In this document: piece after piece, positions 13,063 to 23,915 of the stretch
Layout: every line of letters begins with the position of its first letter
How positions within the stretch are numbered: position 1 is the stretch's first letter
Assembly: GCA_004431415.1 (NCBI GenBank)
Contig: QPMI01000602.1
Location: forward strand, 205,804 to 269,803
Length of the DNA stretch: 64,000 nt
Reading direction: 5' to 3'
DNA from: Cyanophora paradoxa CCMP329
Taxonomy: Eukaryota; Plantae; Glaucophyta
The notes under the pieces: generated by a model
Told to the model about the DNA's origin: nothing
Seen by the model: only the letters and a program-made list of their open reading frames with translations
Database searches by the model: none
Translations under genes and position numbers: made by a program

Positions 13063-13418
13063 CTCCGGGAGCATCCAGCCACACTTCCTGGGTATCCGGA
13101 CCCTCCTCCTCCAGGGGGAGCCTCCAGGTCGCACCCTCCTTCGGCTTGCATTCCCCTCCTGCCTTCGGCCATTGTACAGTCAGTCGCCCGCCCGCCTTCT
13201 GTCGAAGGCCCACCCCACCCCCCTCAGCAAGGAAACGACTTTCGAATCCACAATTCGATTTTCTGTACTCTACACTCGAAAGGGATGTAAGCTGCTGCTG
13301 GCATTCACCGGAGGCATCGCAGCATGGGTCGGAGGGGGGGGCGCAGGGTCATTCTGAGAGAGGAAAGGGGCTGGGGCGGGCGTGGGGGTGGGCTGTAGGG
13401 AAGCGCGGCCGCGGCCGC

Positions 13419-16400
13419 TTATGTCTTGAACTTGGCAAGGCGCTTGACGATTTCGTCGAAGGTTGGCCGGGCCGCCGGGTTGGTCGCCCAGCAGTCCTTG
13501 ATCAAATCGCGGTACGCCGGATCGCAGTTGCTCGGGATCTTGGGCCGCAGGCCCTGGTACGCTGCACGCCCGAGCGGTGAGGCGGGCGGCGGGGCGGGCG
13601 GCGGGCGGGCCGCACCGATCTTCATGGCGGCGGTCATGGGGTGCATGTCGCCGTAGGGCTCCTTGTGTGTGATGAGCTCCCAGAGGACGATGCCTGCGGC
13701 GCGCGTCACGGGCGACCCCCGACGGCCCCGCGCCCCCGGCGCCCCCGCGCACCGTACGAGTAGATGTCGGCCTTCTCGTTGTAGCGCTCGCCCTTGAGCA
13801 CCTGCAGGCCAGGTCAAGTCCGGGCGGGGGGCGGGGCAGGGGGCGGGGCGGGGCGGGGCGGCGCGCCTCGGGGGCCATGTACTTGGGGGTGCCGCACTGC
13901 GTCATGGTGGTGGAGTGGGACTTGACGCGCGCGAGGCCGAAGTCGGCGATCTTGATGGTGAGGTCCTCCGTCGCCAGCAGGTTCTCCGACTTGAGGTCAC
14001 GGTGCACGACGGCGGGGTTCTGCGAGTGCAGGTAGGCCATCCCCTGCGCGATGTCCGCCGCCATCTTGATCAGGTTCTTCCACTCGATAGACTTGCCCAT
14101 CTGCTGGAGGACGGTGCGGAGGGAGCCCTTGGAGACGAACTCGGTGACGATGCAGAGGTTCGGGGGCGTGAGGCAGGCCCCCACGAAGCGGACGACGTTG
14201 ATGTGCGAGAGCTTGCTCTGCATCTCGACCTCGTTCCGGAAGTCCAGCATGTCCTCCTTCGTCATGTGCTGCGAGAGCAGCTTCTTGATGGCCACCTCCT
14301 CGCCCTTGTACGTCCCCCGGAAGACCTCGCCGAAGCCGCCCACGCCGACCCGCTTCTCCAGCACCAGCTCGTTGAAGTCCACCGTCCACGGCCCCAGGTT
14401 CGGGATCGAGATGGGGTCCATGGGCGCCTGCGTCGCCTCCGCCCCCTGCAGGTTCTGCAGCGCCCGCCCCGCCTCGCACTGCACCATCACGTTCCCGCAG
14501 CGGTTCAGCTCCTTCAGGAGGTCGAGCCCCACGTGCTGCACCACCATCTCCTTGTTTTGCGCTGCGCCCCCGCCCCCGCCCCCGCCCCCCGTCGGTCCCG
14601 GCACGCGGCGATGGCGACGCCGGGGCGTGGGAGGGGTCGGGCGCACGCTTCTGGGCGAGGTTGGCGATGGCCCAGGTGGCGCAGAGCTTCACCTCGTCGT
14701 CCGCGACGCTCGCGAGCGCCTTGAGCGCCTGCAGCACCTCCTGCCGGCACATCTTCACGTTGTTCGCGTCTGCCGGGAGGGCGCCGCCCCGTGCGCATCA
14801 GCGGGGGCCGGTGGCCGGCGTGGAGCGGGGCACTGGCGCACCGTCGTTGGCGCATTGGCCGAGGATGGAGGCGACGTATCGCTGGATCTCCGCGCTCTTC
14901 GTGTTCAGCACGAGCTGCGAGAGCGGCAGCAGGCCCCCCTTCTCGATGATCTTCGGCTTGTTCTTGTCTGCAGGCACGGGTGGGTGAGCGACCGGGGCCG
15001 GCGGCAGGGCGGCGAAGAGGGCGGCGGGCGGCGGACCATGGGCGGCGAGGAGGGAGAGGGCGCGGCAGGCGTGGGCGTGGGTCTCGGGGACGCGGCTCTT
15101 CACGAGGTTGATGAGCGCCTCGATGCCGTTCTCGTCCACGATCACCGCGTGGTTCTCCTCTGCGCGGGCCCGCGTGAGGCGCCCCGCCGCAGTGGCACGG
15201 GCCGGGCCGAGCCGGGGAGGCGGACCGCTGGACGCCAGGTTGGCGAGCGCGGCGGCGGCGGGCCCGAGGGCCTGCGGCTCGCCGCTGCCGATGAGGGCGA
15301 TGAGGACCTTCAGGCCGCCCTCCTTGATGATCTTCGCCTGATCGGGCGCTGCCGGCCGGGACCCCTCGGCGGCCTGGAGAGGGGGGAGAGAAGCGAGGGC
15401 GCGTACCCCCCGAGGCCGTAAGGTTCGCTAGTGCGACGGCCGCCAGGTACCGGATGTCGCGGTTGCCGTTGGCTCCCAGCGTGATCAGCGGGCTCAGGCC
15501 GCCGCCGTCGACGATCTTGCCCTGGTTCTCGGCTGCGGGGCGCGCGAGGAGTCAGCGCCGGGGCGCGAGCTGCGGGGCGCGGGGCGCAGCGAGGGGCGCA
15601 CGATTGGTCGAGACGCGGGCGAGGGCGAGAGCGGCACACAGCTGCGCCTCCGCATCGTCGCTCTTGGCAAAGTTAATGAGCGCCGCGAGCCCGCCGTTCT
15701 CCACGAGCTTGGTCTTGCACTCCTCTGGGCCGGGGGTGAGCGGCGCCTAGAGGGGTCCCGCGCAGCGCGCGGTGCTCACCGTACGCCGCAAGGTTGGCGA
15801 TGTTAACTGCACCGCAGTGGCGGACCTGGGGGTCTTCCGAGCTCGCGAGGAAGATCGCAAGTGTGGGCATGTCGCTCGCGAGTGCTGCCGCCTTGTTCTG
15901 GTCTGCTCAAGGGAGCACGTCAGCGCGCGGGAGCGGCGGGCTGGCCGGCATCTATCGAAGACATGCCGTTCGAGACACAAGCAGTGATGGCCCGAGCGGC
16001 CTGCTTCTTGACCTCCAGGTTCGACGACCGCGCAAGAGTGCACAGCACCGGCAGGCCGCCCTCCTCTACGATCTTGACCTGGCTAGCTTTGCCTACAAGC
16101 GAAGAATGCGTAAGAGAGGAAAGAAAGCGAGAGCGGAGATCTCCAGCGCACTGTTTGCAGAGAGAACGGAGAGGGTGCTGGCGGAGCCAAGCTGCAAATC
16201 GGGGTTGTCCGACTTCGCGATAGCGATGATTCGAGAGAGACCGCCGTGATTCACAATCTCGGCATTGTGCTCGGCTGTGGGTCGCTCATGTCAAGAAGGC
16301 ACTTTGGCCGTTCGCGGAGGGGGGGAGCGTGCGCACGTTTTTGCGCGAGCATCATAAGAGCAGCTAAACCCGCGCGCTGAACCTGGACGTCGGTGGTCGC

Positions 16401-16892
16401 CAGCAAGGCAAGCATCGCCTTCAGCCCTCCGTCCTTCACTAGGATGGCCTGATTCTCGGCTGCATAGCTTGTCAAGCGCGAACAAACACACGTGCTCCGT
16501 ACATGACAATGAACGAACCATTTGTGGCCAGCTGCGCGAAGCAAGCTGCAGTGCTTCGCTGAACCTCAACGTCTGCAGACCCGGCAAGGGCGACCAAAGT
16601 AGGGAGCCCGCCCTCCTTTAGAATCTTCACCCTTGTCGCATCTACGACAACTTCGAACACTTGCGAAAGATGATGGGGCGCGATGGCCACGCACCGTTCA
16701 TGGAGCTGAGCTGCAGCAATGCGCGGGCAGACTGCCGCTGCGCATCGGGCGATGAACTCGCCGCTGCCTGAAAGATCTGCTTCAAATCGATTTCACCCGC
16801 TGCGCCGTTCGTTCCGGGCGAGTGAGCAGAAGGAAAGGAGCCAGCACAGCAGCCCGGCAGGCCCAGGAGGACGCACGTTGGGCGGCCGCCAT
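13419..16892 (-). CDS. Armadillo-repeat protein fused to C-terminal TKL-group Ser/Thr kinase (multi-exon)
   Basis: Many ARM repeats (NK.KI.E.GGL.PL..L ... A..ALANLA), then kinase motifs GVGGFG, VAIK, HRDLKSEN, DFG, GTPKYMAPE, CW...P..RP. Confidence 0.88.
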
Positions 16893-17154
16893 GGTTCTTA
16901 TACTGTCTACGACACACTCCGCGCTGCTACCTTCCCCTGCTAGCGAGGTTTTGAGTGGGGGCGAGGTCAAGGAGCGATGGCGTGTAGACTTACGCGGTTC
17001 AAGTCGTCAGTAGCTTGTACAGCGCAGTAATGCGCCTCGGGCTGCGATCGCCTCGTGCTGTAATCGCTGACGGGGCAGGCAATAACCCTGTACCCAGATC
17101 AAGAGCTGGCTGCTGTCAGAGCTGAAACTCGAGTTGCCGCCTCCCGCACACGCG

Positions 17155-20100
17155 ATGGACAAGCTACGAGCGCAGAAAGTTCTGCGCTGGACAAGGGAGG
17201 GTAAGATATCACATTACGAGTGCGCCGCCGCCGCCTGCGTCGCGCTCCGCACTCGAGCTCACGCCGGCGCCAGCTACGACACTTTGCTAACCTACGGATT
17301 CCTCGCCTCGGGGCGCGGATCGGCGCTGAAGAAATCGCAAGTGCGTTTTTTAGGATTCCGAGTTCATTGCTGCGGCGCCGCGGCGCAGCAGACGAATGCT
17401 AACCTTAATGGAGCACTTTGCTGAGCTTAATGCGATGGCTGTTAATGCGCTGGTTGCAGCTCGCGCTCTCGGCCCCGCGTTTTCCTAAATGCGCTGGGTG
17501 CAATTCGGCCTCCAGGCACTGTCCATCCTCGTCGTATGCGGGCTTGCTACGATCTGCGCGTACTGGACCTGCCGAGATGCAACTGCAAACCCCGACCACT
17601 TCGACCCGTGGAAGGTGCGATTACACCATGCCAGCCGTCTGTGCTCGACTCTCCTAGGCAGATGCGAACTTGGAAAAACGTCTGTTTCGCCGTCATCGAC
17701 AAAGACTCGGCTCTCACGATCTCGCGAGTCTTCCCCGCCCGCAGTTTAATTTTTGGCGTCGCTCATCTACCGTAGCGCGCTCGTCTCTTTCCTGCTCGGG
17801 TTGTTCGTGTCCCTCACCTTCGGGCGTTGGTGGACTATGCGCTCCAACGTGCGCCCCCCCCCCGCCCCGCGCCTCAGCCCGAAGCGACCGGCGGGCGCCG
17901 GCAGATCGGGGTCGTCTCGGGGCGCGTGGTGAACATCTCCATGCTGGCGCGCTCGTCGCTGCGCTCGGACGACCCCCGCGGCCTCCACGCCCGCGCGGAC
18001 CTCGTCCGCCTCGCGAACGCCGTGCGCCCCGCCCCCGTCGACCGCTCTCGGCTCGAGCCTCCTCCGACGCCCTGCCCCCCCCTCAGATGCTCAGGTGCGC
18101 TTCCTGCTTCCGCCTCCCTCCGCCACCTCTTGAGGGGATAGGGCGCGCCCCCCCGCGACCCCGACAGCCTCGTCTGCACCCAGGCGGCTCAGGACGACCG
18201 TTCGCCCGCCCTGCGCCCCCCTCGTGCCTCGTCTGCCCTCTCGCACGCAGGGTGCGAGGGCCTGGTGCGGAGCGGGGTCCTGCGGCGCGACGAGTGGGAG
18301 TTCCTCGAGCCGCTCCCCAGCCGATACAGTGCGCGCGCGGCGGCCTCCTCGCTCCTGCAACCGCGCCCCGCCCCGCCCCGCCTCACCTTCGAATTCTCGT
18401 CAGTCATGGTCGCCGCCTGGCTGATCGACGTGACCCAGGCGAGTCGGGCGCTGGCCCCTGTCCCTCGGCGCCACGGCTGCGGCTGATGCGCCCCGCGCAG
18501 GCGGCGGCAGAGGCGAAGCTCTTCCGGCCAGACGCCGGCCCCGGGACCATCATCGGTGCGTGCGCGCCTGCGCTCCCGCCGACCCTCGGCCCTCCCGCCC
18601 CGGCCCCCAGCGGGGGGGCGGCAGACAATGTGCTGGCGGCGCGGGGGGCGGTACATTTTTAAATGAACTTGCAATTCGCAAAGTACCAATATGTGCAGGC
18701 CGCCGACGTCTTTATGCACCTCTCAACTCAGATCCCGTCCGCGCGCCCCGCAGGCGCCGCGCACCTGCCCACCTCCCCCCCTTCCGCCCTCGCAGGTTCC
18801 CCTACGTGCAGATGCTGGTCCTGCTCTCCCGCGTGCGCGCCGCGCCGCCCCGCCCGGGCCCCCGCCGCTAGTTATACCTGCTGATCTTTTTAAATATGTT
18901 TTATTCATTTCTTAACTACTTTCAATACTACGTGGCTCTTTATTTTTGATAGTCTTCCAGATCCACCTGCTCTTCGTCTTCGGCTTCTCGTACAGCCTCA
19001 TCTCCGCCGGAATCGCCGCCCAGTTGCCCCCGCCGCGGCCCTCCCCCCTTTCTCCCCCCCTCTCACGCCCCGCAGGTCCGCCTTCAAGATAGCCTTCGGT
19101 TACGGTGCCCCTCCCACGCCCCACCGGTGCCTTGTACCCCCGGCGGAATCTCACTCCCCCTCAGTCGTCCTTGTCGCAAATATGCTCCTCTATAACGGTA
19201 AGTCGCGCCCCCGTGAAGGGCTCTCGCCGGGCCTGCAACCCCCGCAGGCCTGCTCCAGATCCACGGCGAGCTCTCTAACCCCTTTGGCGCGCTGTACCCC
19301 CCTCCCGCCCTCCCTTGCCCCGCGAGCTCTGGCAGCGCAAGTGCGAGGCACGTGCTCGCAGGGCGCGGGGCGACGGCGTTCCCCTCGCAGCAGTACCAGG
19401 ACGCCACCGTGCGCCGCAGCTCGCCGCGGCTGGAAGCGCGCCGCGCCACCGGCCCTTACGCCGGCGCAGTCCTGCGTCTCGCGGGCCGCCGCGTACCTGC
19501 TGCCGCCCCCGCCCTCCCTCTCCGCCTGGGGCCGCCCCCTCGAGCCCGGCAAGCTCGAGCTCGCCGGGGCCGACCTCGACGTGCCCCCGCCCCCCGACTC
19601 GGACGCCAGCCTCGGTGCCTCCGACTCCGAGGATGGGTGCGCGGCATCCAACGCCGCCTCAAGCGTGGAGCGCCTGAGAGGGCCGTGCAGGTCCTCGGCG
19701 CTGGCGGTCGGGCCCTCCGGCTCCGCGCCGGCCTCGCCCTCGCTCCCCCGCTCGAGCTCCGCACGTGGCGCGCCGGCTCCCTCCCCGCCCCGCAGCGCGC
19801 CCCGAGCCCGAGGCCGGCGCCCGCCACGCGCGCGTCGCTGCCCGCCGCGCCGGGCACGCCATCGAGGTTCCCCGGCCCGCGCGCGACGACTCGGCCTTCC
19901 CTCGGCTGCCCGCCTTGCATTCCTTATTCTCTCCCTCGCCCGCAGGTGGTCGACGCCCCGCAAAAGGGCGCGCGCCGTCGCGAGGCGAGCGCACCCGCCC
20001 CGCGCCGGCCGCCCGCTCGAGCTCGGCGGGGCGGCAAGCCGCGCGCCCGCCCACCGTGCGTCCTCGCGGGGGGCCCGCCGCGGGCGGGGCCCCTGACGGG

Positions 20101-20220
20101 GCGCATGCACAGGCGGTGGTGGAGGCGGCCCCGCGGGGCTCCCTCGCCCTCGCCGGGCGCCTCTCCGTCGGCGTCGGCTCCGCCCTCTTCACCTCCTTCC
20201 CCGCCCGCGACGCCCTCTGA
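17155..20220 (+). CDS. Bestrophin-family anion channel (multi-exon)
   Basis: Exon motifs SFLLGLFVSLTFGRWW, QIPFPYVQML, GLLQIHGELSNPFG; low-complexity C-terminal tail. Confidence 0.8.
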
Positions 20221-20858
20221 CCCCCGCGCCACCGGCCCCCCGCCCCCCCGCCCGCCGGCCCGGCTCGCGGATCGAGGCTTGGCGATTACATCATTCACAC
20301 TGAGTCAAAACAAAGCCGCGGCCGATGGCCGTCACTGTGCTGATGTAGCCTCCCGGGGAGCTCGAGTACTAGTCCTAGTCCGGGGCAGGCTCAGCGGCTC
20401 GGCCCTATATAATTTAATGATTTAGCAGGCCCATGGCCAGTGGCCATGGCCATGGAAGCCTGATTATTTAATTAGTGATCATGATCTGGTTTCTAGAGTT
20501 CAATCATTAAATCATGATCAAGTTCAAGTTTCTGGGCCCTGCAGCTGCGCATGCCCGCTGTAGGGCCTGCCGTAGTACCGTAGTACCCCGGGCTCCCGGA
20601 GTCCGGGATCCGATTATAATTAATATTGGAACTGAGAGATCGGATGATCTTAAACCGCATGATCCGCATCAATACCGGAGCCCTGCCTCGGAGCTCCATG
20701 CCATTTTTTAAGCCTTTTTTTGAAGTTAGGGTAATCGGTAATCGAGCTCACTCAGTGACTGTCAACTTGGCAACAACTACATATTGGACACATATTCACT
20801 GCGGTGCTGGTACACTATGCCTATCACTGAGTCACTTCGCTCACTGCACTGCTGTGCT

Positions 20859-21145
20859 TCACACATAGTAAAATGCGGAGTTTTAACCCTCGGCTTATCT
20901 TAATTGATTTTGTTGATATATCTCGTATATTCTATTTCAATCAATCGATAATCTGTGTATATCTTATCGAATATTCAATTATTTCGATTATTTTGTATTC
21001 TTTTCGATATTTTATCGTAAATCTCTCTTATTTTCCGATTAGTCTTACTGAGTCTATCGATAATCTGTATATATTTCCGAATAATATAACTGAATCTCAA
21101 TTAGATCTTGCCTCTGGTTAAAACTCCGCATTTTACTATGTGTGA
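20859..21145. repeat. 30-bp perfect inverted repeat (20859-20888 / 21116-21145) at left edge of the viral element
   Basis: TCACACATAGTAAAATGCGGAGTTTTAACC and its exact reverse complement enclose ~227 bp of AT-rich DNA. Confidence 0.9.
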
Positions 21146-21397
21146 TTGGTCTAAAAGTTAATTGATTTAATCGATATTATATTCATGTACTTTCTCGATT
21201 AAATTTAATTAAATTTAATTCATTTAATCGGAAATATATCGCTAAACTCGATTAAGATCCATAAAAGATTCATTTGTTTAATAAAACAAATCGATCTCTT
21301 ATTGAATTCAATCGTAATTATACATGAAACTTATATGATTTGATCATTGTTTTATTGAGTCTAAGGGGGGACCCTTAGGAATTTAATGAATAATTGG

Positions 21398-21487
21398 GTG
21401 TCACAGGTGTCACAGGTCCATCCATCGAAAGGGAAAATCACTCTTTATAGGGCTTGAGCTGGGATAAACCTGTGACACCTGTGACAC
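21398..21487. repeat. Inverted iteron cassette 1: (GTGTCACAG)x2 ... (CTGTGACAC)x2
   Basis: 20-bp perfect inverted arms 21398-21417 and 21468-21487 with a 50-bp spacer. Confidence 0.88.
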
Positions 21488-22526
21488 ATACCATATTCAG
21501 TAAGGACCTCATATATTGTTAAAATCTCAGTGTTAGTTGGTGTAGTTGATTCAAAAAATGCATTTATACTCTGATTCATTGTTATTTCCTGTGAAATTTG
21601 AGTCAACTCAACCCACTTAGTCAACCCTTGCATTGAATTCGTAACAAAATCCATATACTATTACTACTTTTACGATTAATATGAGTCAACCTTGAGTCCA
21701 CTTAAATATAAATATAATATAATAGGGGGAATGAAGGGGATATGCTACTAAATGCAGTGCTAGATTGATGGGATCATATATGTAATTACGTTTATCAAAG
21801 CAATATAATATAGGTGATTATTCGATATCATAAGTTGATCGAAACGATAAGTATATGGTTATAAATCGCGATTTTTGAGTTATAATCGAATTTAATCGAT
21901 TTAATTTTGAATTTCAAAACTCGCTTTAATCGTAATAACGATCTATACACATTGAGATTCGTATATGTGATTGCAAGTTATTGTTATGTAGGATATATGT
22001 GATTATATTCGACCGTCAGTGCATCGATTTGATAACTTCCTAGTGATCTATATTAAAAACTCACGTTTAATGGATTTTAATCGAATTTAAAATCAAAATT
22101 CAACATCGGTTTCATTGCGATTTGGAGTCACAGGTATCGAAAATCCTCAATGTGATAGTAGCGCTGTGACCGCCTTAAAATGCTCGATTTTATGACGTTT
22201 GCAGCGCATCGATTTGAGCATGTGGTGTTGAGCTATCGTAGCAAACGTGAATATTGAGTTTCTAGACGGGTACAGCATTAATCTAGAAAAAAACGCGTTT
22301 TTTTTTTACTTTTCAAGTTTCACGGCGAACGAAGTAAAGGTTCCCGGTCGGATTGAACCTCAGCATCTTCAAACGGTTATATCTCATCACCAGATCATCA
22401 AAACGCAACGTTCTGCATATCGCTGTGAAGCGCTTGATAAGAGCTACAAGACTATGTGTATATCATATGCATATATGTATATCAGTCATACATATATTTG
22501 GAAAAAACGAGTTTTTGCCTAGCAAA

Positions 22527-23912
22527 CTAGCTAGTTTTGGTCCTTTCTCTTAGTGTTCTTTGAGGTTTAGGGGCTGTATATGACTCCTTAGTAGTCTGAA
22601 AGTCATTATACCATCTCTGGCTATTCACTTCTGAAAGTTTCTGTGTCCCTGCTATAGTGAGCTTTTTGAGTTCCCTATTAACTTTGCCAGCCTTCTCCTT
22701 TCTAGCCTCTATCAAAGGCTTATCTGGGACTTCATTAGCAGCTTCTATGCCTTCTCTCCTTATAGCAGCATCAACCCTGGCTTCCTCCTTGGCTTGCTCT
22801 AAGGCATCCACTGTAGGGGTTTCTAGATATTCAACTGCATTCACAGGCAACAGCTCATGGAAAGCAAACCTGTTTTCTATGATCTCACCAGTGGGACTCC
22901 TTAGCTTAAACTTAAAGCCTTCCCTACTATCAACAGTGTAAACCATCCTAGACCAATTGTTACCCTGTTTAGCAAAGGGATTTTTCTCAACTTTCACTCT
23001 AACAAACATGCCAGGCTGCATGGTATCAAGGTAAGCTATTGATTTCTTGAATCTTTCATCTTCTAATCCCACTATATACCTATAATGCTCCTCTGTAGTT
23101 TCGCCTGGCTTCATCTTAGTAGCTGAGTGAACTGTATTATTGTAATTATACTCAATATCACCTAACACATCAAAGAATCTAGCTGTGTTATTAGCTATGC
23201 AGTAGTTTGTGATCAGTCTCTTAATCTGCTTGTTAAAGGCTTCAATTCGACCTTGGCTTCTATGGTCAGCAGTTCCACTCACTTGGTGTTCTATGAATTT
23301 ACTAGATAAATACTCCTGGAATATTCGATTTTGGAATTCACTCCCAGCATCTGATTGAACTTTTACTATGGGTCTTGCCACTCTCATTTCAAGCTGCTTA
23401 AATGCAGCTAATGTAGTGAGAGCTGATTTATCTCTTATAGGTATGATATACCCAGTTCTCAGTGTTGATTCCATAGCAGTCATAAATGTATCATAGCCAT
23501 TGTTTTGTTTCTTATAAGCTGGGAAAAAGAGCAAATCAATCACATAGGTATCAAGGGGTTGCCTTATTGGAACCATGGGATCTCTCTTCCTAGATATAGC
23601 AGGTGCATTGATCTGAACTACCTCTTGTTTTTTATAGAACTCTTGCAATTGCTTATAGGATTCATCAGGTAACTCAGCCCTCATGGCTTGAAGCCCTTTA
23701 TAACCAGTTCTCACATCATAGAATCTCTTGGCAATCTTGCTGGTTTCTTTCACTGCAATTGCAACTGGAATCTCTACTGGGACAAGCTCTTTCATCTCTG
23801 ACTTTTTAACAATTCGAGATTCTCCCTTTTCCTCCTTGGGAACTGTGATGGGCAGTAGGTTACCTTGTAGTTGCTCAGTGGTTCTCCTAACTATTCTTCC
23901 AGTTGCTGGCAT
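22527..23912 (-). CDS. Retroviral-like (rve/DDE) integrase of Polinton type
   Basis: YVIDLLF, VQSDAGSEF, GRIEAFNKQIK, YNNTVHSATKMKP and the VRV...F.K...NWS..VY tail typical of Polinton integrases. Confidence 0.92.
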   Translation of the reverse strand: MPATGRIVRRTTEQLQGNLLPITVPKEEKGESRIVKKSEMKELVPVEIPVAIAVKETSKIAKRFYDVRTGYKGLQAMRAELPDESYKQLQEFYKKQEVVQINAPAISRKRDPMVPIRQPLDTYVIDLLFFPAYKKQNNGYDTFMTAMESTLRTGYIIPIRDKSALTTLAAFKQLEMRVARPIVKVQSDAGSEFQNRIFQEYLSSKFIEHQVSGTADHRSQGRIEAFNKQIKRLITNYCIANNTARFFDVLGDIEYNYNNTVHSATKMKPGETTEEHYRYIVGLEDERFKKSIAYLDTMQPGMFVRVKVEKNPFAKQGNNWSRMVYTVDSREGFKFKLRSPTGEIIENRFAFHELLPVNAVEYLETPTVDALEQAKEEARVDAAIRREGIEAANEVPDKPLIEARKEKAGKVNRELKKLTIAGTQKLSEVNSQRWYNDFQTTKESYTAPKPQRTLRERTKTS

Positions 23913-23915
23913 CTC

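Noticed and set aside
157-20425. Numerous long Arg/Pro/Ala/Gly-rich ORFs in the track
   Set aside because: Shadow frames of GC-rich spliced genes; the real products are explained by exon chains.
20493-22553. Short ORFs in the viral left-end region
   Set aside because: Mostly non-ATG, low-complexity AT-rich translations with no motifs; treated as non-coding terminal DNA.
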